Source: Atractiella rhizophila
Lineage: Eukaryota
Assembly: GCA_021432655.1 (NCBI GenBank)
Contig: MU271205.1
Coordinates: 1-64,000 of the forward strand
Direction of reading: 5' to 3'
Length of the DNA: 64,000 bases
The notes beneath the pieces are model-generated. The model searched no databases. It was not told the origin of the DNA and worked only from the letters and a program-made list of their open reading frames with translations. Positions 24,450-37,163 of this stretch are shown here, one piece after another. How positions within the stretch are numbered: position 1 is the stretch's first letter; each line of letters starts with the position of its first letter. Made by a program: the position numbers and the translations under genes.

Positions 24450-24908
24450 TATATTAGGATCGAAGAGGACGGTGGCTCGTAGAATTCGCTCGACTTGAAT
24501 TAGCCAGCAGTATTTTTAGCAGGATCCAGAAGAAGCTGCAGCTGTTGTTGAGTTTGATCAAGGCATCAAGGGTATGAGGTCTTACGTTGTATCCATGTTG
24601 TATTTCTCACTTCTCGTTTCGTAAGCTCACAGCAGGCGCATATTTTGATTCTCTGCTCATTCGTCAGCACAGATCACTGGGTCATCAGAAAGAAAGTGCG
24701 TACGCCAAGTAGGAGAAATGATCGGAGCAGGAGGTCGCTGTTTCGGTCGCTGCCTCTTTTCTTTCGGCTCTGACTTTTTCTTCTCCGCTCCCCTCTTGGA
24801 CTTGAAAGACCACCTTCTCTTCTCTTCAGTGGTGACAACTCTGTCGTCGTCCGATTGATCTTGAACTTGCTTCACCTCCTTTCTCTGAGTTTTGTTGAAA
24901 AACAACAT
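24450..24908 (-). CDS. Small basic hypothetical protein, copy A (3' end uncertain)
   Basis: 83-aa ATG ORF similar to 27169-27456. Confidence 0.4.
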
Positions 24909-25389
24909 ATTTTCGAGTGGGAAAGCTGTGGAAGTTAGGGAAAATGTGGGACTAGGAGCCTTTGCTTCTCTGGAATGGAAAACTTCCTCTTCCAGCTTTT
25001 ATGTCCAAACAGGAATTGTAGAGACGGAGTCATCATTTTGGAAGAATGAGTGCCCTGTCAATCAAAAGGTGGGTTGCAATTGAAGGACTGCGGAATGCGA
25101 GTCGAGTGACTTGGACACCCCATCAACCGTTTGGACAGGAAATGATAAAGAAACAACACAATTTCCTGTAGTTCGTGTCCAAGTCACATAACTCTGCAGA
25201 GGACGAATTTCTTCGGAAAGTGCGCGTAAACATCACGACATCACGTGATGCGAGCCTGATACACACAGTTCCAGGTAACAAGCCGCCAGGAGAAGTCGAT
25301 AGGAGATACAGGCCCAAGGATTCTGCAAGGAGATCTACTGCAAGGAAATTCCGGGATCAAATTGCGATAATGTCAAGCCATATCTATCT

Positions 25390-25610
25390 CGACTCCGAAT
25401 GATTCGAATGGATCCAGATGAGTGAGGACATTCCCTCCTCAGTACCAAAACCACATCACGACTCCGAATGATTCGAATGAATGCAACATGAGGACATTCC
25501 CTCAGTACCAAAACCACATCACGACTCCGAATGATTCGAATGAATGCAACATGAGGACATTCCCTCAGTACCAAAACCATATCCTAACTCCGTATGATTC
25601 GAACACATGC
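25390..25610. repeat. 63-bp tandem repeat, about 3.5 copies
   Basis: Unit ACATCACGACTCCGAATGATTCGAATGAATGCAACATGAGGACATTCCCTCAGTACCAAAACC is repeated head-to-tail with degenerate outer copies. Confidence 0.95.
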
Positions 25611-27059
25611 TGACAGGAACACGGGAGACCTCCTGAGGACCAACTACAAGCAATATCACAAAGGTCTATGATTCGACTGTGCTGAAATAATAACACGCCG
25701 AGGATATTCCCTCGGCATCAAAGGACTGTAAATTAAGCAATTTGACACCTCTGTCGATCCAAACTAGTCCTCAACACGTGGTCATTATTAGTTCTGCAAG
25801 CAGCGTCCATATCCTCTTGAAGCAACCGACAACATAAGCTCAATGTCCCAACCTCCCAGATGATTTAAACACGACGAGAACAGTATTCAATCCAACATTT
25901 CAACCTCTTCTTTGAAACTATTCGCAAGCCATCGCGACAAACAGCCCTCGGCCAATTGTAAAATCTGCGGCAAGAGCATAAGGGATTAACGGTTGCAATC
26001 ATGTTGTTATCACATGAACATATCAATCAGGTTCTTCCTGCCGCCTTGCATTTCTTTCATCAGGGTCATCGAATTCCTTCCATCAAGGACAAGGAATGCA
26101 ATTTGACTAATAACGCGACCCGTGCAAAAGTCTCGATTGTTTCAACCGCTGCCCAAGTTTCACGTTTCACCACTAGCACAAGTACAAATAAAAACGCGCC
26201 AATCAATTCCGGACCTCAGCTTCACTCCCATATGCACCGCCTCATCGCTCGTATTGCACCACCATGCCCTTCCCCTCCTCCACATCACACAACAGTAAAT
26301 CCATTCGTCAAAATGCACTACTAATTCGACTCGTACGGAATGCAATCACTATGCAATCTCGCAACTTCAGCTGAAGCGTACACCATCCCGCTTCTTCTCG
26401 GTTCCAACAGGCAGACTGGAAGCTGCTTCTCGAGATACAGGCAGAACGAATATACGGATGGAACAGTTCACGGAGAAAGGTTAGAGGAAGGAGGGCAGCA
26501 AATGCAAACCGTGAAAGTAGTGTGGTTCGTGGTTTAGTTGGAGCTTCAGAGGAACGACCCCAAACAACGACCATGACTATCACAATCTCAATTTGCAAGC
26601 TGAGAACGAACACACCAGGGTTTCTGACAGGACGATAGAATATGCAGATGGCTGGCCTGCAGGTGGCTAGCCTGCGTAAGTCCTCCCATTGATCCTGTGA
26701 AGCGAGACATGCCAGATTTTCTGCAAAGCATTCGGCTGCAGCTGTTCTCCACTCTGCGAGCGGAAAGGACAGCAGCCGCAACACCAAACGTTGCTGCTGC
26801 ATGATCTGCTGTTGGGTGATGGCCTGGTTGTCCTCCTCAAATCACCCACCTTTGGTGCTAAAGACTGTCGTATACGCTCGTACATCGTTACCGTAGAGAA
26901 CTATTCTGGAATATTTTAAACCCAATTCTGAGAGCTAGAAGTTGAGTGTTATTGACCATCGACGAATTGAAGAATTAAATTTAACATATATTACTTAATA
27001 GGCATCAAGACAAACATCATTGAAGCCATGTTGAAGAAGTTTGAGCAATTTGCATAACG

Positions 27060-27456
27060 AAACAGCTCAAAGGGAGGGTTCGTTGAAAGTGAAATAAATG
27101 AATGAAGGTGTTTTCTGATTTTTAGCTCAGTTGGAGGAGAAGTTCAATTGGTTTCATAGCCTATCCGATCAGAGGACACGCATTTGTTGGCTCTCTGTTG
27201 GGCTCAGTGTATACAATTTGTACAATATGTTAGCCCCCAGAATTAAAGCGAGGGAAAGGTGCTCACGCCAGTTCGATAATCCAGATGCCATCGGAGGAGG
27301 AGGTCGATGCCTTTTCGGTCCCGGCTTCTTGACACTCTTCTTCCTCAGCTTGAAGTGCCACCACTTCATCTCTTTCGTGGCTACGACCCCTCCCTCTTGA
27401 TGGTGATGTTGGGAATGTGTCGTATCTTTTTTCTTTCTGATACCGAAGGGAGCCAT
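27060..27456 (-). CDS. Small basic hypothetical protein, copy B (possibly a pseudogene)
   Basis: 95-aa ATG ORF sharing VVxTxExxxWxFKxxx...RPPxP...WRxH with copy A. Confidence 0.4.
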
Positions 27457-27911
27457 GGTCGAGAATACAACAATTTTTAAGCTTGCCTGCGACAGTTTTC
27501 CTGGATCAGTTTCTGGTTTTCACAAACAGGTGCGGCATCTACCATGGATTATTTATATCATCCTTGCCCTTTCCCCTTGACTCGAGATTCGCTCGAACTT
27601 TGTCTGATCAACAGGAGTTCTCAGGCAGACGCTTGCCGACTGACGAAAATTTGATGTTGCTTGGGAAGTTAGAAAAGCTTCGATCTGCGGAGTACATGAT
27701 ATCCCCCTTGCTTCTTCTCCGCCGCAACACTTTGAGCCCTTTAAAAGGCGGCAAAGTTGAACATTAGGCGTTGGCGCAGGAGATAAGACAGCATTCAAAG
27801 AAGAAACCGAATGTTCGTGACCCCGAGCTACTGAGAAATAGTAAACGCCAAGTAGTGCAACTTGACTTAATACTACATTTTAGCAGTGTGCTCTAAGCAA
27901 AGGCGCATCCA

Positions 27912-29821
27912 TCAATGATCTTTCCCTTGCTTCTCTCTGGCCTTCCAACCCTTCGATCGTGCAACCATGCTGAGCACCTCCTCTTTCACCCGACTTCTCC
28001 CTTCTTGCGCCGACATGGTCGTGACCTCCCAAATCCTTTTCCGACCAACTATTCCCAAATTCTTCGTACTTCCGATTCTAAGCGCCTGTATCTATTCTTC
28101 AGTTTCTGCTCTTGCTACTGAACATGACAAACCTCGCGTTCTGGCACATAACCTGCTCTGAGGCATATGTCCGCCAAATATAACTGATACGCCGCGTATC
28201 GACCTCCTCGCGAGGCTAGACCCCCACCTTCCAGGATGTCAAACATTTGAGGAGTAGGAGCTCGAAAGGCTTGTAACAGTGGGTGTGGCTCGTTCGATGT
28301 TCCTGCACAGGTAGCTGCGGAAGTTGGACATAAGGAATGAAGAAACGGTGCTTCGATTTTGTAGTCCATTCTTGTGAACCGCCCGTTGAGCTCGTGAAAG
28401 CAACAGGGGATGATGATGAATATTGCTCTCTCCCTCCCTTCTCCTTTGAAGCCTTCCTCTGAAGGTCTGTTATTTCCGTCCAACTGCGATGACAAAGGAG
28501 TGGAAGAGGAGTCTTCTTCCGCCTCGTCAATGGCGGCGGTCATGAGTGGAATCCAAGGTGTGAGCTCGTCAGCGTGGTTCCCTATTAGAAAAGGAGAAGA
28601 AGGAAGGGGAAGGTTGCCTATAGACGGAATTGAACCCGCTGAAGGGCTCGATGGTGATAAACAGGATAGGACAAACGCAGGAGGATCGAGGACTACTGTA
28701 TGAAGTTTCGATGGTGTCGGAGGCGGAAAGTGTGGCCATAATTTACGGGCTGCAAGGTCGAATCCCATACATGAATATCCCTGAAGATTACGAGAAAGTG
28801 AACAGTTTTAATATTCTCCTGGTCAATTGAAAGAGAGACAGGATCACCTCGTTTTGCAGAACGTGGACCAAAAGTCCATTCCCGCAGCCAACATCCACAA
28901 ATTGTTTTCGCTTTTTATCTGTGATGGTTGAGATGGTATCCAAAAGATTGACCAGCCAGCAAGCAATTCCCACATCCTCCCAGACGTGCTTGTTTGGATC
29001 GCTACCTCAACACCAAGTTACTTCGACTTCAACGAGTGGACACACGAGCACGCACGTTCCTATTGTCTCTTCCCACAGATTGCCTTGGAGCAGCCAGGTG
29101 TATCTACAAAGATCTTCTTTGAAATGTAGTATAGAACGGAATTCGATGAAGCATACCTATCCTTCATCTCTAAGTATCGATCCATCGAGATCTCTCTCTC
29201 CACCAAAAGGTCATGATAAACCCGCTTCTGATAGGTCGTCCCAGTCTCCGTCCACGAGTCCATGACGGAATAAAGTGCCTGAATCAGCCGTAAGGACGTC
29301 CGGTACAACTTGTGATGTTTCGGAAGCGGATTTGGAAGACGCTCTCCAGGAAGAGCAGCGAGGAAAATAGTGAGTCGCCCATTGGCGAAGTGGAAAGCGA
29401 TGAGGGACACTTGAGGATGGTAGAACGGCAATGGGAGTACTGAAAGTGACGGGAAAAAAACGATCAAGCGATCGCCACCTTCAGACTCTAGAGGCAAAGA
29501 GGAATAGAAAACGCAGTGTTGTTCGAGGGACCTATCAAACGAACGCGACGGTCGTAACAGGCGTTTGAAGATTTTCTCAGAGCCAAAACCTCGAACTGTA
29601 AAGTCTGCAGTAACTTCGTCTTCGGAGCACAGCGACACATCGGCTCGTTGAATATTTGATGAAGTATACTCTGGATGAGCGATAAGATGATTCTCCACTG
29701 CCCATAAAAAAGCTGAAATGGGTTTCGATGTCGCGCAGCTGACGACAGGAAATGCTTCTCCATGAGAAAACAGAAGCGGCGCGCAAGTTTGGGCTGGATC
29801 CTCGATCACTGGTTTGGTCAT
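27912..29821 (-). CDS. TRM44: tRNA (uracil-2'-O)-methyltransferase Trm44, multi-exon
   Basis: YQKRVYHDLLV, DPNKHVWEDVGIACWL, FVDVGCGNGLLVHVL, GFDLAARKLW, FLIGNHADELTPW, IPCC, ALRIGSTKN. Confidence 0.92.
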
Positions 29822-31775
29822 TTCTTCGTTGCTTTCAGGGTAAGTCCATCCAGCTGTTCCGACATTTTGGTTCCGTAGCTTGTTAAGGTTCTCCCTTCGT
29901 AAAGCAACTCTAGATCTGCGACTCCGCAACAGAGGGTAACTACTGAAGCATGTCAAGCATCTGCTTCTTGCTGTAGTCCCATCGTATCCAGTATGCTCGA
30001 CGTTTCTCCGTCCTTATATTGCAAATTGGAAAGCGACGTTGCATCGTGGAGGTGTGTTATATGTTCTCAGAGAAGTACATGTCAACTACACATCCTGGTC
30101 GTCGGTCTTCCTCTGGTCTTGTTGTCCAGGGAGCGATTCTGGACGAAATGGGCAGAGATCTCAGAATAAACAGCGAGAGCTATTCCATCACGTTTTGCCC
30201 TCTTCGGGACAGGTTGGCTGGTCGCAACAAGATTTTAAAATTTGCCAACTGCTCTCACACACACCAGACGAGTCCTCAAACACCAGACGCGCAGTGGTCT
30301 AGTGTCCATCATGTCGGGATTGCCAAGTTACAGCTAATGTTATTGCGCCCTTGAAATTTAAATACGGCTAGGTTTTGTGCTACTAAATGAGCGTATTGAG
30401 GTAATTGGAGGTCAAATAACATCAATACTTTAGCCCGCGGTAAGGGTCTGGAATATGCACATGGGAAAGCACAGATTAAGCCACTCCTCAACAGCACACT
30501 TCACAAGGGCAACAGATGATATCTGCAAAGCAGTCGCAGCAACAACGACAGCACTCGAAACAGATGAAGCATTCGACGAGTCCCATAAAACAGTCCTTGC
30601 CTACGAAAGGAAGATGTCAGCTTTCTAACCAGGGCGAACAAAGACGATGATGAGAGGCCTACCCGCTCCTCCGCCTCTTATCCGCAAGACTTTCTTTCCA
30701 TCCTCTGTTTGCGTCTCGATCGTATTTTGTGAACTTTCAGACGGAGCAGCAACTAAGTACCACAAAAGCCATGAGGCTTTGGTCCACATGCAGGTTAGAG
30801 TGGCTTCAGCGTACCCATCATCCCGTTGTTCTTTTGCGGAGCAGTGACAACTGTCTGCAGCTCAGTCACGGTGTCTTGAGTCGCTTGATTTCCAGTCATC
30901 TCGCTTTGGTTTGTCTACTTTTGTCAACTTCAAGTTACGTCTACTTTCTCTGAGCATCAAGAGGGACGTGTTGCTCTTATATTCCGCTAGCGTCTCCGCA
31001 CAATGCCGTCGTCAGAACAGCATCAGCCCTTTCTTTAGGCACTCCAAGAATAGATGGTTGGAACATTTTTGGGTCATGGGCAGTTATAGGGTCTGCGGCA
31101 ACATCGTATCTACGTTCAAAAACGTCCAAACTTGTTCAAGCAAGCTTGAGCACTTCAGCATGGCAGCATCAAGCTGAATGAGACCGGGTAAGGAAGTCAG
31201 AAATAGGTCAGAGAGGCCACTCAACGTCAAAGACAACCCAAGTGTCGACGCCAGGTGTCTGCATCAACCTTGACTTTGTGATGGCTTATTGCACTATTTA
31301 GACGTATTTCCTTTGTGCCTTTCTAATGGACCATGAGAAGAATCAGGAACTTAGTTTGGATGGTACTGTAAGTTCTCCAAGAGCTAACTTGAACGAAAGC
31401 CTGAGGTGCGAGGAGACGACAATTTTTTTTGTTACGCATTGATGAAAGCCATGTAATTATAGGTATAGAGTGAGGCCACTACATGGTACGCATGAGGCGG
31501 AGGAAAAGAGATGAATACGAATTGAGGTGGAGCTAAAAAAGTGTGGACTATCGCGGAAATGCTATTCGATTGACCTTGATAATGAGAAAGGAGCAGAAAG
31601 GAAATGTTGTGGACCCTGCTATATACTACGACTGGCAAACTGATTCATCTATGGAGTGAAACGGACAAAGCATAAGACGAATTGTAGAACGAATTGGTTT
31701 ACAACGGAGTAACTTTCAAAAGTCACAATGCGCTCATGTTACAAGAAAATTCGAAAGTGTCATCCGGCGACGCGG

Positions 31776-34539
31776 TTACCTCGATTCTGCCCTTGAAGGT
31801 TCACCCGAAGTGGAGTGTGTTGAGGGAGGTTGCGGTGAGGAAGCGGAGGGTTGGGAGACCTGTCGACGGTTTGGATGGTTGAACATTAGGCTGAGGCTAC
31901 TCGGTCCGTTCCAAGCAGGAATGACAGGTACAGAGCGTCCAAACTCAATCGGTTCCGGTTTTGCATTCTTATCCCCAATGCCAGGAATTTTTGCCTCCTC
32001 CGTAAAGGTTTCAACCTCCTGGATACTTTGGAGCGGTTGGTTGATCTTACGGTCGATCAAAGCGGACTGACGGCGTGTGGAACGGTCTGAGTCCCCACGG
32101 AACGGCGCTGGTCCTTTCGAGGGTCGGGCTTGGGGGATGGGAACAGAGGAAGAGAGCATCCTCTCCCAGTCGAGCTTCGGATCGTCTTCGCGTTCCTCCA
32201 CTTCGACGTCATGAAAGTACTCAGCGTTGTTGCGCTTTGCGCGTAGGAGACCGCGGTGAGAAGGCATGTCCAAACTGAGCAGGCTCCTGATCTTGGCTTC
32301 TTGACTTGCACCCAGACGTCTAGCGCTCCCATTCTCATCCATCTTCACCTCGTCCACAAAGTTCGAGGAGAGGTATCGGTAATTCTGCTGTGTGACAGAA
32401 AGGATAGGCGTCCCCTCTTGGTCCCTCGGCACCGGCGCATCCAGGTCATCTCCTAGCATTACATCTTCACCCTCCTCGTCGTCGCTCATCTCTTCATCTA
32501 ACGGAAAGACTGCAACATCCTGTTCTTGTACACGCTTCTCACCTCCCAGCAGCGTTGTGTTGAGCGATTGTTGGCTCTTCGATACCTCATCAAGATTGAG
32601 GACACTAGCCTCGAGACTGGAGTGATCGGTGGATACCGAGCTGTCCGCAGACGCGGAATGAGGAGGAGGAGGAGAAGGAACTGGTTGGGGAGTCCGCATA
32701 TCCCCCGTAGGTGTGGGTGGAACGGGGGCAGGGATAGTTGGTTCTCGAAGGAAAGTAGACGGGGTCAAGACCTGTCCTTTTCCCTTCTCCTTCGAAGTCG
32801 ACGTTGTATCATCCGGAACAACGGTTGATGGTGGCGCAGGTCTTTGTCGGGCTTGAAAGCTAGCTCTCCTGATGCTGGATGGAAAATCCTGATATGCAGG
32901 CGACGTGACCGGTGGGGACTGTGCAGAAGAAACTGTCGACTTGTGCTGCCCCAGTCTCCGCTTGACTCCACTCCGAACAAGCAGAGCATTCGCCTCCTCT
33001 CTGATCCAACCTTCTTCCTCCTCCACTTCACGCCTAATTCTCGCTATCTTCTCTTCCATCTTTGTCTCCATCTCAGAGATCAACCCGTCGACATATCCGT
33101 TCACCCATTCCGTGATTGTGGTGCTAGAGGCGTGAGAAGGATGGTATGGAAAAGAATGACGATCGCGAGACGGAAGTGGGGAGGGATCGACGATCATAGA
33201 CTGTGTTGGGGAAACGTCAAGAGCGTAGACAGGAGAAGCGTTCGGATCCTGAGCTTCAAGGCTCGAGCTTGAACGCCCAAGACGTTGATTCCAGAGTCTT
33301 GGTTCAATTCTGGGTTCTGGAAACCCCTCCTCATACATCACGACTCCCCAGACTGGCGATGCCTGGTCCCGTTGAGCTGTACTCCCGGGCTGCGAGCCAA
33401 GGCAAATATTCATCAGGACTGGTTCAGTTTCCTGTTGGAGCGGCGTACCTGCATCTCCTCTCCGATAGTCACCACCTCCCCCACTTTGGCTCGAGGGCCA
33501 GCATTTTCCTCCGTCAAAACATGTACTCCACAGTTGAGGCAATGAACAGTTGTTTTCACCACCGACGAGGTGAGCGAAGAGGTTGGGAAGCGTTGAGAGA
33601 GGAACGAATAGCGCTGTCGACAAAAAATTCAAATTCAGTCAACCTCTTCCGTTTCGGATCTCTGAACTCTTCTGGCACGACAGCCAAACAATGATTGAAG
33701 TGAACGATTGACGCAAAGCATTCTTCGTGGCTTTGCCGCGCTCCGATCTTTGCTTCGAAGTAAACGAGAACTCATTCGGCCGCTACATTCTCATTCTGAC
33801 AAGTCAAAGCAGGGAGCCGGGGAACCAGGGGAGACATGAAGATGCTAAGCGCAGAGCAGCGATAAAGCTCCGTTCGCCCAGGCGGGGATGTTTCATGTCT
33901 ATGAAGCATATTGACCACAAAATTTCCTGCCTGACATTACCACATGCAGGTAATGGTAAGGTTAATGACGCCGCAAGTTGAGATTCGGCAAAAAGAAAAG
34001 TGCATCCAGAATGAAAGAAGTGAATCGGTCACAATCACGAGCCCATCGAACCTGAACGAATGAACAGGTTAGATCTAGGTTGGGCAAGCGAAGACATAAT
34101 CAGATGCGAGCAAGATTTCAACATTGAAATCAATCAACCAAGCGAGAAGGTTTGCGAATTGCTTTGATTTATGAGATGTGCGAAGCAAAATCGTGGGTCA
34201 CATCGGTTGATCGTTGCTCTGGAGCCCGACAGGCGGAGACAACATGGCTCCCATCGCTCAAGGAGCCCACGCTCCTTGAGCACTCTCAGATGACAGAGAA
34301 GAATGTTCCCCAACGCACGTGAAAAGAATGAGAGAACGTACCATCCAAACTCCCTCCTCCTTTCCTTCCCAGCTGTTCATGATTACATCTTCTCCCTCTT
34401 CATTCACGTACTTTTCCAGCTTCCCCTTTCTCAATACCTGGCTATTTCCTTCCCCAGTGACCTCTTCCTTGTTCTCACTCGTAAGGAATCGAAAGTTGTG
34501 GCAGCGACAGGTCCAGCTCTTCACGTTCGTCTGTTCCAT
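31776..34539 (-). CDS. Uncharacterised protein with N-terminal CxCxN...CxNC zinc-binding module and disordered C-terminus (possibly PRAS40-like)
   Basis: Exon 1 MEQTNVKSWTCRCHNF...GVWM splices in phase 0 (34341 to 33614) to RYSF...HCLNCGVHV, then through a short intron into the 618-aa ORF. Confidence 0.7.
33614..34341 (-). ncRNA. 728-nt first intron densely packed with stems; candidate intronic structured RNA
   Basis: GTACGT...CAG ends; at least eight short inverted repeats, some nested into multibranch junctions; no family identified. Confidence 0.5.
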
Positions 34540-36253
34540 CTTTCAAATCTCAAAACCTAAGTATCCAAATCCAAGAGCAAATAGCAAAAGAGAGGGAATG
34601 TGCACTGCTCCTGCCTGATGAAAGGAGAAGTTGGTCGAGTGGTTGATCGTGTTTTTGTCTCCCGCCTCAATTTTTTGGCACCGCAATCTGAGCCTTCGTG
34701 CCCAACTTTGGTTTGTGAGCCTCACTCCTCCCGTGAATAGCAGCAGCCTGGGCTCTCTGACATCAAATCTGCATCTCAAGACGAAAATGTGAAGATTGAG
34801 GATCAGTGATCTGGTGAAACTGCTTCCTGCAGAGGACTTCGACACGATTCAAAAAAGATTGACCTTAAGTGAGCTTTTCCTTACGTACGTCAAATAAGGA
34901 AATGGGAACGATCATTGCTGCTAATTTCTGCTGGAATTTCAAGCAATGGACAATGGACATTAAGGCAAACTTTGTTATTATTGACCCTACAGCTCTTCGA
35001 AGGAGAAAGAATTGGCATTTCAAACAAGTAGAGATCACCAGCAGAGCCGCTGAAGCTGAAGGCTTGCTCTGCAGAAATTCTTTCACTTATGTTACAAAGC
35101 TATCTTGAACGCTACCTTCTACTTATAAGTACCCTTAACTAGGGATGTTGCGTTCATGACAGTTTGTTCATGACGGTTTGTTCCCTGCAGAGGAAAGAGG
35201 AATCTGGATTGTTTTCCTGCTTCACAACCACCGTATAACCAAGTGTCGTCATTCATTCATTGTTATTACTCTTGTGATTCGACGTGCCTCAAAGCGATTG
35301 ACGCGCTTGCCTAGCGGTAGGGGTATCAGGCTAATGATGCATTTGTGTGGTGCAACTATTCGAGTACATCATACTACTTGGCCTTTGGGAAATCGAACCC
35401 TTCATCTTGGCCTGCATCGCTGACCTTGATTCTGCTTGGTATTCATACCTGCTGAAGGGAGGTACACAAAACAAGGGATTCATAGCTTTGGTTGACGCTA
35501 GGTCTGTTCAAGCCTATGGCACATTGACCACCTTGAAAACGGAAACCTTTCAGCACGCTAATGTCTACTTATAACTTCTCTTGCATCCTTGTTTTATATC
35601 GACTGAGCGTGGAGCTCTTTGCCGTACGACCCTGATGGTTCGCAGCATGAGGATAAACGGCTTGTTGCACCACCTCCTGCTCGGATGTATGTAGATTGTA
35701 CCTCTTGAGCTCGCCATCGTTTCAGTGATGGGCGACACGTCTATCACTTTAGAAGCAGGAGTTTGCGGGCTTGTTGAAGCACGAGAGGCAAGAACGCCGC
35801 ACAGCTCCAGTACTTCCGCGTGAGTCATGCAAAACCATTGTGCAAGTGGAGCTCAGCAGCCGCACTCCTGAATATTTGAATCGCTGCAAGGTTTGTGCGC
35901 TTTCTACGACGGACATCGCCATGATGGTTCTTGTGTGAAGTCTTGGTCCCCTGGTCCTGAAGAATGGATGGACAATCTACGCAGTCGTACTCGACCACTT
36001 TGTGATCCGCGCTCTTGCCAGATACCAGGAAAGAGAACTACATCACAATCCCCTGGACGTGCTCAGCCAACAAGTCGAACAAGCCGAACTTGCTTGAACA
36101 GTTTCATACTTCGCTGCTCTTGTGCAAGGGGTGCAATCTCTACCCGTTTCCCGTCACCCTTTTGCAGTATTACTTCTCCTGCGGGTTAGGGGACGATTAT
36201 AAAAGATTCAACCATTATCATGATGCATGCAAGTCACCACCGTGTCTACCCTG

Positions 36254-36981
36254 ATGTCCTCCCAAGGCGAAAGCAGCACGAAAAAGAAACGGCAAGCGTT
36301 TAGTTGCGAATTTTGCCGCCGTCGAAGAGTGCGATGTAATAGGTAAAGATTACTTACTGTTGTAGACGACTGATTTATTGATGCGGATCAGACTTTCTCA
36401 GTGTAATCAATGCACCGCACGTAATATCAAATGTGTATGGTCTGAAGGAGGTATGCATCCTTTAGCTCTCATGGCAGAAGCTGACTAACAACGCTTCTAG
36501 TAATACCGTCAGTTTGGATCCTCTTTGTCAGATTTTCCTAACTATTCGTGGGTGACGTAGGACTGGTGCAACAGCACAAACAGTGGATGATTTAAAAAGA
36601 GAAGTGGCGCGTTTAACAGCTCAGCTTATCGGTAAAAATGTTGAGCTACGACGAAGTCGTTTACAGCAAGAAACGGGGCTGGTTCTGTCACCACTTCAGC
36701 TGGATTTGGACGCTTTGGCGACGCTGGCATTTGCTTTTCGAGAAATGAGAAGTCCTGTCGTGAAGACGAATTCTCCGACTTCAGCACTCACACCGCCTGA
36801 CATATCATCGAGCCTTCAACTTGACGATCAACCAGAGGATGTGGATTTGAACGACTTCCTGGAAACACTGAAAAGTGCAGCGACAGCTTCAGATCCTGCA
36901 TGGATGACGGACGAAACGCAAAAGGTGCTAATACACAAAATACAGGAGGCTTTTGCTCTTGATTATTCTTTGAGAGTTTGA
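36254..36981 (+). CDS. Small Zn(II)2Cys6 transcription factor, multi-exon
   Basis: KKKRQAFSCEFCRRRRVRCN|R...CNQCTARNIKCVW followed by coiled-coil VDDLKREVARLTAQL. Confidence 0.85.
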
Positions 36982-37163
36982 ACTAAGCTCACATCGGTAC
37001 ATTCTAACTCTTTGCCTGACTTGATAAGTAGATAATTCTGTTCTAAGTGTTTGAGATTTCTATGCTTTCTATGTAAGGAGGCATGTAGAATAAATGTACT
37101 CCTATGTCAGTGAAACCTAAACAATATTGGGAAGTGAAGCGTGATTTTGTTGCGTAAATCCTT

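Noticed and set aside
25390..25610. CRISPR-like array
   Set aside because: Units are contiguous with no unique spacers, there are no cas genes, and the context is eukaryotic.
33940..34090. Telomerase RNA template in the long intron (CTAACCT, TAACCTTA)
   Set aside because: No CTAACCCT template for TTAGGG is present; CTAAC is also the branch-point consensus.
33614..34341. RNase P/MRP, SRP or TPP riboswitch identity
   Set aside because: Only partial look-alikes (GGAAATTTTGTG, CCGAAACGGA) occur, without correctly placed partner motifs.
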